Source of the DNA: Candidatus Atelocyanobacterium thalassae
GTDB lineage: Bacteria > Cyanobacteriota > Cyanobacteriia > Cyanobacteriales > Microcystaceae
NCBI GenBank assembly: GCA_051971635.1
Contig: JBFPLN010000005.1
Coordinates: 96,001-160,000, forward strand
Direction of reading: 5' to 3'
Length of the DNA stretch: 64,000 bases
Position 1 is the stretch's first letter, and each line of letters starts with the position of its first letter. The position numbers were made by a program, and so were the translations under genes. The notes beneath the pieces are model-generated. The model saw only the letters and a list, made by a program, of their open reading frames with translations, had not been told where the DNA came from and did no database searches. Below are positions 44,769 to 54,580 of the stretch, in pieces.

Positions 44769-44999
44769 TTTGCTAAATAATTTAATTGAGTTGATTGATT
44801 ATCCTAAATCACACAAGACTTCAACTCAAGAACAATAAAGATATAGCCCAGATTATCTTGATTGAGAAAGGTAAATATTTATTGTGAGGATTAGCGATTC
44901 AAGAAGTAAAAGTGTTGATCCTCACATAGGCTATATATAATCATGAGAACATTCAAATTATAAAAAACAAGTCTTAGATAATTTTTTCTTTTATTAAGA

Positions 45000-45935
45000 T
45001 TAGAGAGTAGAAAACTCTCCTAAAATTTTTACTTCTGGCTCAAGCAATAGTGACCAATGATCTTGGACTCTTTTCTGAACATAGCGAATTAAACAAAAAA
45101 TATCTTCTGCTTTAGCTTGGCCGCAATTTAATATAAAATTAGCGTGACAATGAGATATTTCAGCATCACCTACACGATGACCTTTTAATCCTAATTGTTC
45201 TATCATCCACCCTGCTGAATGTGAGGAAGGATTACGAAACACACTGCCACAACTTGGTTTATCATAAGGTTGAGAACTTTTTCTTTTTTGAAGATTCTGT
45301 TGTGTTTTCCTTGTTATGTCCTCTTTAGTAAATCCTTTCTGTAGTTGAAAGGTTGCCTCAAGAACTAAATATTTTTCATTTTGCAAGGAAGAAGTTCTAT
45401 AACCATAATTTAAGTCTTCAGGTGTTAAAGTTTTAACTTTACCATCATAAGATAAAACAACTACATTAACTAATGAATCAGCAATACATTCATTATGAGC
45501 TCCTGCATTCATAACAACTGCTCCTCCAACTGTCCCAGGGATACCGACAGCCCATTCCAAACCTAACCAACCTTTTTTAGCAGCTTGCCAGGCGACACTA
45601 ACAATTGGCCTACCTGCAGCCGCAGTAATACATCCAGTCTCTTCGTTAAATTGATAATGGCGAAAATTACGTGTACTTAAAACTAATCCTTTAATTCCTT
45701 TATCACTTATGAGAAGATTAGAACCAGCTCCTAGCAATGTTAATGATAAGTTTTGATCTGAGAACCATTCAAAAGTTGCTTGTAGTTCTTCCCAGTTATG
45801 AGGGGCTGCATACCATTGAGCTTCTCCACCTACTTTGTAAGAAGTGTAGGGGGCCAAAGATACATTACTGTGAATCTTTCCCATAGCACTATGTGATTTA
45901 ACATATCCAGACAAAGAAGGAAATGGATGAGTCAT
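45000..45935 (-). CDS. murB: UDP-N-acetylenolpyruvoylglucosamine reductase
   Basis: LGAGSNLL, GIPGTVGGAVVMNAGA, YGYRTS, PSCGSVFRNP, HANFI.N, LEPEV. Confidence 0.97.
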   Translation of the reverse strand: MTHPFPSLSGYVKSHSAMGKIHSNVSLAPYTSYKVGGEAQWYAAPHNWEELQATFEWFSDQNLSLTLLGAGSNLLISDKGIKGLVLSTRNFRHYQFNEETGCITAAAGRPIVSVAWQAAKKGWLGLEWAVGIPGTVGGAVVMNAGAHNECIADSLVNVVVLSYDGKVKTLTPEDLNYGYRTSSLQNEKYLVLEATFQLQKGFTKEDITRKTQQNLQKRKSSQPYDKPSCGSVFRNPSSHSAGWMIEQLGLKGHRVGDAEISHCHANFILNCGQAKAEDIFCLIRYVQKRVQDHWSLLLEPEVKILGEFSTL

Positions 45936-46028
45936 AAACTATTTAAATTAATTAAGGTTTACTGAAAAGTAAGACTATTAGATTAATAAATTGTTCCGTT
46001 TCGTAAACATAATACACGTTTGATTTAA

Positions 46029-47543
46029 TTATTGGTCAGCTTGACAAAGATTTATTATATGGGGAATGGTTTGATTTAAATTACCTGCACCCAAAAACAG
46101 AACCAAGTCCTTAGGTTGTAATAATTTAGGAAGTCTCTGAGATAGAATGTCTAAAGATGGAAAATAGAATACACTAGGATGGTTTTTCTTGACTTCTCTT
46201 ACTAGATCCTCGCCATATATATTATTAACATTAATCTCTCCAGCACTATAAATATCTGTTAAAACCACTAGATCTGCATCATTAAAACAAGTGGCAAACT
46301 TTTCTAGTAGTGCAAAAGTACGACTATATCGATGAGGTTGAAAGATCACAACTACACGACTAACTAACTTATTGTCAACTTTAGATAGAGCTGCTGACAA
46401 GGTAGCCTTAATTTCACTTGGATGATGTGCATAGTCATCAATAAAAGTAATTTCATTGCAATAACCACGTTTTTCAAAACGCCTTTTTGGCCCTTGAAAA
46501 TTTAATAGTGAATTTACAATAACGGAAAACTCTAAACCCAGTTGCCTTCCTACCGCAATAGTAGCAAGAGCATTACTGACATTATGATTACCAGAAATAG
46601 CTAAGTTGATCTGTCCTAAACAAGTTCCTCTTTCCCAGATTTCAGCACTGGATCCTTTACTATCATTAATGAGATTTCTAACTTTATAATCTGCTTGTTT
46701 TTCGAAATCTAAGCTATAAGTAATATGAGGTGAAAAATGCGAAGAAGTAATTTCACAATCAAGACAGCCAACTAAGATATCACATTGCGCTGCAAAAATT
46801 TGAAATGTCTTAATAACTTCATCTAAGTCTTGATAGTGATCTGGATGATCTAACTCTATATTAGTTATAATACCAATATGAGGATGATGCTTAACTAGAG
46901 AACCGTCAGATTCGTCTACTTCAGCTACGAGGTATCCTTCTTTTTCACCTATTCTAGCATTGCCATCCCAAGCATTTACTTCACCTCCAATAATAATAGT
47001 GGGATCGGTACCTGCTTCAAGCAACATATATCCAATTAAGCTACTAGTTGTCGTTTTACCATGAGTACCTGCCACACCAATACTTTTATAGTCACTGATT
47101 AAAGCTGCCAAGATATCAGAGCGATGAAAAATAGGACAACCTTTTTCTTTCGCGGCAAGATATTCAGGATTGTCATTAGTAATAGCTGTAGAACAAATTA
47201 CTTGAGGTAAATATTTTTTACTCAATAAAAATTTATCTTTATTAAAAGTAAATTGTTCGTTTTGATTTTGAAAAGTTTTGTTATTACAGTTAGGACTAAA
47301 AATTTCTTCTAAAGTCTGTTTTTGGTTACAGTTAAACAATTCCAAATTTACTGCTTCTTGATGGTTGAAAATATGAACACCAACTTTTCGTAACCGCTCA
47401 ATGATATGAGTTGAACATAAATCAGATCCAGAAACAGGAAGCTTACGCTTGGCCAAAATATATGCTAGAGCAGACATTCCAATTCCGCCAATGCCAATAA
47501 AGTGAAAAGGCTGACCACTAAAGTCTATAGTTTTTCCCATCAT
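46029..47543 (-). CDS. murC: UDP-N-acetylmuramate--L-alanine ligase
   Basis: HFIGIGGIGMSALA, AGTHGKTTT, EVDESDGS, DDYAHHPSEI, FQPHRYSR. Confidence 0.97.
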   Translation of the reverse strand: MMGKTIDFSGQPFHFIGIGGIGMSALAYILAKRKLPVSGSDLCSTHIIERLRKVGVHIFNHQEAVNLELFNCNQKQTLEEIFSPNCNNKTFQNQNEQFTFNKDKFLLSKKYLPQVICSTAITNDNPEYLAAKEKGCPIFHRSDILAALISDYKSIGVAGTHGKTTTSSLIGYMLLEAGTDPTIIIGGEVNAWDGNARIGEKEGYLVAEVDESDGSLVKHHPHIGIITNIELDHPDHYQDLDEVIKTFQIFAAQCDILVGCLDCEITSSHFSPHITYSLDFEKQADYKVRNLINDSKGSSAEIWERGTCLGQINLAISGNHNVSNALATIAVGRQLGLEFSVIVNSLLNFQGPKRRFEKRGYCNEITFIDDYAHHPSEIKATLSAALSKVDNKLVSRVVVIFQPHRYSRTFALLEKFATCFNDADLVVLTDIYSAGEINVNNIYGEDLVREVKKNHPSVFYFPSLDILSQRLPKLLQPKDLVLFLGAGNLNQTIPHIINLCQADQ

Positions 47544-47699
47544 CTCTCCTTACAAACCACACAACTAGAACAAAATTAATAGATTACAGATTTATGGCCA
47601 CTACATAAAAAGCTAATTTGTTGGTTATAAAGCAGACCAAGTCTAATAATAACTACATTTGATTTAAAGGTAAAGGTAAAGGTATTATATCTATCAAAA

Positions 47700-48106
47700 A
47701 GTGATGAAAAGACAATACCACAACTTTTAAATATTAAAACATCTGTTTTTAATAATTTCTATATTTACTAAGATATTTTAGAAGTAGACTAGTAAGAAAC
47801 AGTATCTTAACAAAGATTGTTAAAGAAGAAATTGTAAGAAGTTGTTTATTTTCAAAAGTGATGGCCTAAATATGTGTAAAGATTAGTCTTGAAAAGTTAA
47901 TAAAGAATAAACTCATAGCTGCCGGAATTAGCTGTATTTCTAGTTTTTTTAGTAACAATCTTAATAATAATTTTTACTAAAAAACTTGAGTTATTTCTTG
48001 TATATACAAACCCCCTGTTTAATTCAACTCTAATCTATCAAATAATAAACGTGTTACGTGTTCGAAAAAATTATTAGTTGTATTTTTTGAAAATTTTATA
48101 TGTCAT
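47700..48106 (-). pseudogene. Possible highly eroded remnant of a peroxiredoxin-like gene downstream of the 2-Cys Prx
   Basis: AAGGA then ATG at 48106 (MTYKIF..), with fragments KIIIKIV / NSGSYEF / NLYTYL; position matches the Prx-like gene that follows 2-Cys Prx in some cyanobacteria; similarity is weak. Confidence 0.25.
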
Positions 48107-48122
48107 GATTTTTCCTTAATTG

Positions 48123-48169
48123 AAAATCCATAATACCTTATTAATATTTAAGAAGGTATTATAGATTTT
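48123..48169 (-). terminator. Hairpin overlapping the 3' end of the Prx pseudogene
   Basis: 17-bp stem AAAATCTATAATACCTT / AAGGTATTATGGATTTT on the minus strand (one G-U pair). Confidence 0.55.
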
Positions 48170-48729
48170 ACAAAATCTAGGATTATTCCTTTATCTCTTT
48201 CTTGTCAATCTACAGGATATACTTCTCCTGAGAATGTCATATCACTTTAAGAATACGTAATGTTTCGTTAATACTAAGTCCAAACGATAAATTATTAATC
48301 GTGATGTACTAAATGATTTCTTGCTTATTGATTATAAATAATCCCCTTGAAGAAGTACCAGATTTTGAACCTAAAACATTGAAAGCACTACTAATATCTT
48401 TTTTTCAGATCAGATAGCAAGGAATAATTAATATCAGCTACGCCACCATACATTAGGAGGTGTTTGGATCCAAGCTAAGTTAGAAAATTCTTTATCAACA
48501 GAGACTCCTAAAATTTGAGTATTGATTTGAGAGAATTCCCCATGCCAATCACTAAAAGTAATTACCTCTGTAGGACGAACAAAAGTAAAATTTAAAGGAT
48601 AAAAAACAATACAGCATATTTCCCGAGGTAGTTAGAAAGTTTCTTTATCTGAAATTCCTGATCCACTATTCCCATAGCTATAAAATTAGGAGCAACTTGT
48701 CCAACTTACTAACTCTCTTGTCTATTCAT
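48148..48729 (-). pseudogene. 2-Cys peroxiredoxin (AhpC/TSA) pseudogene
   Basis: MNRQES**VGQVAPNF...[27 protein letters not shown](R)PTE...[42 protein letters not shown]...RGLFII...INNLSFG..INETLRIL.../EV(Y)PVD*Q; several stops and frameshifts. Confidence 0.95.
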
Positions 48730-48947
48730 AATTTGATTTCCAATAATAAAATCATTTGAAATTTGTCTTTTTTATAGGCTTTTTGTAAGTAGTATTCATA
48801 GTAATTGTGATAATTGTATATGTTGGTTTTATATTAATTTACTTATTATCAAAATAAAGATTTTCAGAACAAAGTACATGTAATATTTATAGAAATTATG
48901 AATATATTCAGGTACTATCTTAAAAAAAATAGCAAAAGTACTTTAAA

Positions 48948-49703
48948 TTAATTCATAACCATTCCACCATCTATATTGATTACTTGTCCTGTGATATAAG
49001 CTGCAGAAGGATCAGTTGCTAAAAACCTGACGAGTCCTGCTACTTCTCTCACTGTACCTAGTCTCCCTAAAGGAATAGATTGTAAGATATTATCTTTTTC
49101 TAGATCTTTCGTCATGTTAGTATCAATAAAGCCAGGGGCAATAGCGTTAACTGTTATAGAACGACTAGCAACTTCTTTTGCTACCGACTTAGTGAAACCT
49201 AATACACCTGCTTTAGCGGCACTGTAATTTGCCTGGCCTGGATTCCCTACTTCGCCTACTACAGAAGAGATATTGATAATACGCCCACTCTTTTGTTTAA
49301 GCATAGTCTTTATAACTGCCTGAGTACAAAGAAAAACTCCTGTAAGATTTAAATCTATAACTGTCTGCCAATCCTTGGGTTTCATACGCAATAATAATTT
49401 ATCTCGTGTGACTCCGGCATTATTAACTAAAATATCAATCCTACCAAATTTATTTAATGTAGTGTCAACAAGTTTATTTATATCTTCTGAATTAGAAACA
49501 TCAGCTTGAACAGCTATAGCTTCCCCTCCATTCTCTATTATATCTTTCACAACTTCTGCTGCTTCTATTTCAGAACTAGTATAGTTAACAACGACTTTTA
49601 ATCCTAAACTACCCAATTCTATAGCGATAGCACGACCAATGCCTTGAGAAGAACCGGTAATAATAATAACTTTTGAAGCTAATGGTGAGTTTGATTCCGA
49701 CAT
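48948..49703 (-). CDS. fabG: 3-oxoacyl-ACP reductase
   Basis: TGSSQGIG, NNAGVTRD, NPGQANYSAAKAG, IAPGFI.T.MT. Confidence 0.93.
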   Translation of the reverse strand: MSESNSPLASKVIIITGSSQGIGRAIAIELGSLGLKVVVNYTSSEIEAAEVVKDIIENGGEAIAVQADVSNSEDINKLVDTTLNKFGRIDILVNNAGVTRDKLLLRMKPKDWQTVIDLNLTGVFLCTQAVIKTMLKQKSGRIINISSVVGEVGNPGQANYSAAKAGVLGFTKSVAKEVASRSITVNAIAPGFIDTNMTKDLEKDNILQSIPLGRLGTVREVAGLVRFLATDPSAAYITGQVINIDGGMVMN

Positions 49704-49809
49704 CTTGTGTGTAAAACCTTATTATCTTAACTATTTATATTTTAAATTTTAGCTGTATAAATTAAGATAATATAGAAATTTTATAGATTTTTTGTTAAAT
49801 TGTCTACTA

Positions 49810-52155
49810 ATGGATACTTCTCAAACTCAGTGGCAATCTTTACCATTTATAGATTTACCTTTGTCACTTACTAATTACCTTAATTCTTTTAATATTTCTC
49901 CTCAAGAAAATTGCATATCTCAGCTTTTATGGCATAGGAAAATTCGGAATTTAGATCAGCTTAAAAATTTTTTAGATCTTGATTCTTATAAATCTCTAAG
50001 TATTTTGGAAGCTTGGAATGAAGTAATACCTTCTACATATAGGTTAAAAGAAGCAATTGATAACAAAGAGAAAATCATGATTTGTGGTGGAGAGGGTATT
50101 AGTAATATTATTGGTACAAGTTTATTATGGGAAGGACTAGGGAACTTTTTAATTCCTTATGTTCAACTTAATTATTATATCCCTAGTTATAATACTAAAT
50201 GCCATGGCTTCAATACTGTAGCAATAAGACAATTAGCTATGGAAGGAGTAAATTTAATTATTACTTGTGGCGTAAAGGATTTTAACCTGCAAGATCTTAA
50301 TTATGCAAAATCTCTAGGCATTGATATTATTGCAATAGGTAGAAATCTTAGCATCAATAATATAGACAGTCCTGTTTATATTATCGATCCTTGTTCTTTA
50401 CCTCAAAATCATCCTTTTTTTGATTTTTCAGAAACTCCATTAGCATATAAGTTAATTGAAGCTATTCATACACAAGTATTCAATACGCCAAATAATAATT
50501 TAGATAATTTGCTAGATTTAGTAGCCATTAACTCAATCTCTACTTTATTAAGATTAAATACAGAGTTGAGATATCTAACGAAGAAAGGAATTCAAAATTT
50601 ACAGAAACAATTGAGAAATCCTAGTAGACCTGGAATAGCTTATCTATTATATTTATGTAAATTATCTGGAAACCGTCCAACTGATACTTGCTTTGGCATT
50701 GGTTCTAGAATTAATTCTATTTGTTGTATTAATAAAAGTCCTAGTTTTATTGTAGAGTTACTAACTAATAAGAATAAAGATTATTCTGAGAAACTTGCTC
50801 TAGAAGCTGAGTTGTCGAATATCCGATGTAACAATCTACAACAATATATTATTCGGAATATTAGACAAACTTTGAAAGGTATCGACCTATCCATAACTCA
50901 GGTCATTGTTTTAGAGGATCCTGAATGGGAAAGTGAGATATTGAAGTTGGTTGTTCAAAAAGTTTCACGCGAATACAATAAACCAACAGTTTTATTGACA
51001 ACTGCAGAGTGCAAAGAAAATAAGCAGCAAAATTTGAATTTTTCTAGAGGATATGCATTCTCTTCGAATATTATTGATGCTTACAAGTTAATATCTTCTC
51101 AACAAAATCTACTATACTCATTCTACGGAGAACAATATTCAGATTTAATTGATCTAAGTTTAAATACTGAAAATGTTCCTTTGTTTCGAGAAAGAATTAA
51201 TCAATATTTACGACAAGAGCTTGCCGCAATTGATAGCCCAAAGTCTATTATTAAAGCTGATCTAACAGCTACAGTTTCTCAGCTTGGACAATCTTTGTTC
51301 AGAGAATTAAAAATTTTAGAACCTTATGGTATAGGCAATTTAGTACCTAAAATACTGGTCAAAAATTGTTGCTTTAAAATTTCAAAAAATCAAAATGGTA
51401 ATCAGTTCCAAAATAATGCCTTGAAGTATATAAAAACTGAAGTCATCCTTTACGACTCTTCTTCTGAAAAAGGATTTCCTGGAGTTTGGTGGGGACATCA
51501 TAGGGGAGAACTACAAATAGAAGAAAATAAACAATATGACGCTATCGTAGAACTAGGCTATAGTAAATTGCAACCTGGAAATCATGAAGTACGTTTAATT
51601 GAAATTAAAGAAGCCTCACATTATCTTCATCCTTCTATAGTAGGAAAAATAGCAGTAAATTTATTGGATTATAGAAATAGTAATAAAATTTTTCCTAACA
51701 ATATAAAAAATGAATCAGTTAGACTTTGTCCGGTTGATTGGCAGGAGTTATTGGAAATATATGGTAAAAGTTGTGAAAAACAGAAAAATTTAGCTCTACT
51801 ATATTCGTATAGTATTAACCTAAGTTCTACAGGTACAATTCAAAAAGCTATTGACATTGCTAATTTCTTATCTTTTAGTGATAAAACAATTACGAAAAAA
51901 AAATTGCAGAAAACTTTATCTTTAAGCAAATTTAGTTTGATGCTAGTATTAAATTTTCTAGAAAACTTTGGGTTCTTGATTAACAAAAATAATGAAAAGT
52001 TATCTTTTACTCTTACAAAGAATACAAATAATGAGTATAAAATACTCTTACAAAAACTTATGGAGGTAATTGAAGAAGAGAATTTTAAAAAAAAATATTT
52101 TACTCAAATCTCTATAGAAATATTAGAGAATTTTCTAGTTCATGGTAGTAATTAG
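49810..52155 (+). CDS. RecJ-like protein with degenerate DHH active-site motifs
   Basis: RecJ scaffold (RL..AI...EKIMI.G, LLWEGLG, YYIP, LLDLVA, GIGSRINS, LEPYGIGN..P) but metal ligands absent; ATG 49810 preferred. Confidence 0.82.
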   Translation: MDTSQTQWQSLPFIDLPLSLTNYLNSFNISPQENCISQLLWHRKIRNLDQLKNFLDLDSYKSLSILEAWNEVIPSTYRLKEAIDNKEKIMICGGEGISNIIGTSLLWEGLGNFLIPYVQLNYYIPSYNTKCHGFNTVAIRQLAMEGVNLIITCGVKDFNLQDLNYAKSLGIDIIAIGRNLSINNIDSPVYIIDPCSLPQNHPFFDFSETPLAYKLIEAIHTQVFNTPNNNLDNLLDLVAINSISTLLRLNTELRYLTKKGIQNLQKQLRNPSRPGIAYLLYLCKLSGNRPTDTCFGIGSRINSICCINKSPSFIVELLTNKNKDYSEKLALEAELSNIRCNNLQQYIIRNIRQTLKGIDLSITQVIVLEDPEWESEILKLVVQKVSREYNKPTVLLTTAECKENKQQNLNFSRGYAFSSNIIDAYKLISSQQNLLYSFYGEQYSDLIDLSLNTENVPLFRERINQYLRQELAAIDSPKSIIKADLTATVSQLGQSLFRELKILEPYGIGNLVPKILVKNCCFKISKNQNGNQFQNNALKYIKTEVILYDSSSEKGFPGVWWGHHRGELQIEENKQYDAIVELGYSKLQPGNHEVRLIEIKEASHYLHPSIVGKIAVNLLDYRNSNKIFPNNIKNESVRLCPVDWQELLEIYGKSCEKQKNLALLYSYSINLSSTGTIQKAIDIANFLSFSDKTITKKKLQKTLSLSKFSLMLVLNFLENFGFLINKNNEKLSFTLTKNTNNEYKILLQKLMEVIEEENFKKKYFTQISIEILENFLVHGSN

Positions 52156-52242
52156 CATAATGAAATAACTGGTTTTTTTATGATTTAGAAAGTTGTATCA
52201 TTTATGCAAATTTTATAATAACTAAATTTTTACTTAATTAAT

Positions 52243-53049
52243 ATGACTACTGAAATAACAAAAAACATTGGAATTATAACTAGTAGCTTCTTTGCAATTT
52301 ATTCCATAATAAATGTAAACCTTGCTTTTGGAAAAGATACTGTAACAAAATCATATGAAGATAATGAATTATCCTCTGTTCACTGGTACAACAAGGGTAC
52401 TTTGAGTATAGAGAACAAAAATTATTATGAAGCAATCCTTTTTTTTACAACATCAATTAAACTAAATAAAAATGATCCAGATTTTTATTACAATCGAGGT
52501 TATTCTTTTTTAGCTTTGGAACAATTTCATGAGGCAATTAATGACTACACTGAAGCTATTCAACTCAGATCTAACTTTTCTTATGCCTATGGAAATCGGT
52601 GTTATGCTTACTATCAGATAAAAAATTATGAAAAAGCTATTGAAAATTGCTCAATAGCCATTAATCTAGAACCTGATTATGCAGATTTTTATATTTACCG
52701 TGGAAATGCTAAAGATAACTTAAAAATGCATGAAGATGCAGCTATGGATTATAGCAAAGCAATCTATTTAAAAAATAATAACTTTAAAACTTATTACAAT
52801 CGAGCTCTAGCTTATAATCGCTTAGGGAAGTCACTTAAAGCAGTTCTGGATTACACAAAATCTATTGACCTCAACTCTAACTACGCTAATGCTTACCATA
52901 ATAGAGGTGTAACACAATATAAGTTAGGAGAAACAGATAAAGCGATTAAAGATTTAAAAAAGGCGGCTTTGCTGTTTCGACTTCAAGGTCAACTTGATAA
53001 AAGTCAACACACCTTAAACACTTTAAGAGTTCTCCAAGACAAAAAGTAA
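52243..53049 (+). CDS. Exported TPR-repeat protein
   Basis: Signal-like N-terminus and ~6 TPR units (Y.NRG...A..DY..AI.L). Confidence 0.9.
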   Translation: MTTEITKNIGIITSSFFAIYSIINVNLAFGKDTVTKSYEDNELSSVHWYNKGTLSIENKNYYEAILFFTTSIKLNKNDPDFYYNRGYSFLALEQFHEAINDYTEAIQLRSNFSYAYGNRCYAYYQIKNYEKAIENCSIAINLEPDYADFYIYRGNAKDNLKMHEDAAMDYSKAIYLKNNNFKTYYNRALAYNRLGKSLKAVLDYTKSIDLNSNYANAYHNRGVTQYKLGETDKAIKDLKKAALLFRLQGQLDKSQHTLNTLRVLQDKK

Positions 53050-53058
53050 TATTTTATT

Positions 53059-54258
53059 TTAAGGATTAACAGGAAAATAAAATTCTATACCTTTATCTAT
53101 TAGATGTTGATTATTAGCTAAAATCTCTTTTTTAAAATTCCAAGCTAAAACATAGTAAATATCAGGTAATTCTTTTAATTCTTTTTCTATTAAAACTGGA
53201 ATATGCATTCCTGGAGAGTAAAGTCCTCTTCTAAGTTCATTCTTTTCAATTAAATAATTTAAGTATTGTGTACCTACCCCAAAATAATTCAGCATTGTAT
53301 TTCCCTTTACAGGTGCACCAAATCCCCAAATCTTTTTACCATCTTTTTTTGCTTGATCCAAAAATGCTAAGTTATCAATCCTCATCTTTTGAATTCTTTT
53401 TGCAAAATCTAAATAGGTTAAAAATTCATTACTTTTATTATCTACTTCTGCTTTACGCATTTTCAATAGACGTTCGCTAGGATCTTTCTTATCCTTATGA
53501 GTAACAAATCCAATAATTGAGCCACCATGAATAGGAGATAGATAGGCATCAAACATTGATAAGCCATGGCGTTTTAGTAAAATCTCTATCGTGTTAAGAT
53601 TGTAATACAAGAGATGTTCATGATATATTTGGTCGAATGCTAGATTGTCTATAATCTTTTTCATGTAAAGAAATTGCACTACAAAGACACCGTCTTCTTT
53701 TAGTGCTTCTTTTATGCCTTCAGTAACAGAGTGTAATTCTTCTAAGTGAAAAAAGACTCCTGCTGCATTGATAATATCGAATTTTTCACCGATAGATTTT
53801 ACTAAGTTCAGATTAAAAAAATCATTAACTGTCGGAACATCATTGTCATTAGCAATTTTTGCAGTTTTCTTAGATGATTCTACTCCTAGTACTTTATAAT
53901 TTAGAGCTTGAAAATGTTTTAATTGAGTTCCGTCGTTAGAACCTATATCTAGAATGGATTTATTACGAATGTCCTTAAAGAATCTATTGTCGACTTCATG
54001 AGCGATATTTCTAAAATGTTCGCTTAGGGAATGTGTTACTCCAGATAAATAAGTATGATCTCCAAACATTATCTCTTTCTTGACAGTATAATCAAGTTGT
54101 GCGGTACCGCAGTCATGACAATACAATACTCTTAAAGGATAGAATGGTTCTTTCCCTATTGATTGAGATTCTAAGAAATTATTACACCAAGGTTGATGTC
54201 CTAAATCAACAGCTAGCTCTAGATTGGTAGAATCACAGACACGACAAACATTATTCAA
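53059..54258 (-). CDS. NDP-sugar C-methyltransferase (Zn-binding N-domain, SAM domain, C-terminal domain)
   Basis: CRVC...DLGHQP..N.F...C..C, DIGSNDG, FDQIYHEH, IHGGS, GAPVKG, LAWNF; TTG start with AGGAG. Confidence 0.88.
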   Translation of the reverse strand: MNNVCRVCDSTNLELAVDLGHQPWCNNFLESQSIGKEPFYPLRVLYCHDCGTAQLDYTVKKEIMFGDHTYLSGVTHSLSEHFRNIAHEVDNRFFKDIRNKSILDIGSNDGTQLKHFQALNYKVLGVESSKKTAKIANDNDVPTVNDFFNLNLVKSIGEKFDIINAAGVFFHLEELHSVTEGIKEALKEDGVFVVQFLYMKKIIDNLAFDQIYHEHLLYYNLNTIEILLKRHGLSMFDAYLSPIHGGSIIGFVTHKDKKDPSERLLKMRKAEVDNKSNEFLTYLDFAKRIQKMRIDNLAFLDQAKKDGKKIWGFGAPVKGNTMLNYFGVGTQYLNYLIEKNELRRGLYSPGMHIPVLIEKELKELPDIYYVLAWNFKKEILANNQHLIDKGIEFYFPVNP

Positions 54259-54442
54259 AATTTTTTCTCCTAAATCAAATATAGATTAAGTTAACTTAAA
54301 GTTTAAAAATATTTTTTACATACCACTTTAATAGCTTTTGTAATTCTTCTATCTTGAGGGAAGTAGACCGCGAAAAACTTCATAAAGTGAGCTAATTATA
54401 TTTTTAATTTTCTTAAAAAATAAATAAGATATGAATCATAAT

Positions 54443-54474
54443 TCTATTTAAAAAATACTCATTTTTTAAATAGA
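54443..54474 (-). terminator. Perfect 14-bp hairpin downstream of GT2
   Basis: TCTATTTAAAAAAT-ACTC-ATTTTTTAAATAGA. Confidence 0.55.
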
Positions 54475-54580
54475 TTCTTAGACAGTAAATATGTAAACTT
54501 TTTGTTTTTATTATAGAAGCAGTTGCTAAAATAATTACTATTAAATTATTTGTATGACTTAATTCATACAAATAATATAT

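Noticed and set aside
47220..47340. Insertion in the MurC N-domain as an intein
   Set aside because: Too short and lacks intein splice motifs; it looks like a variable low-complexity loop.
47665..47683. TAAAGG x3 microsatellite
   Set aside because: Too short to support a function; not CRISPR-like.
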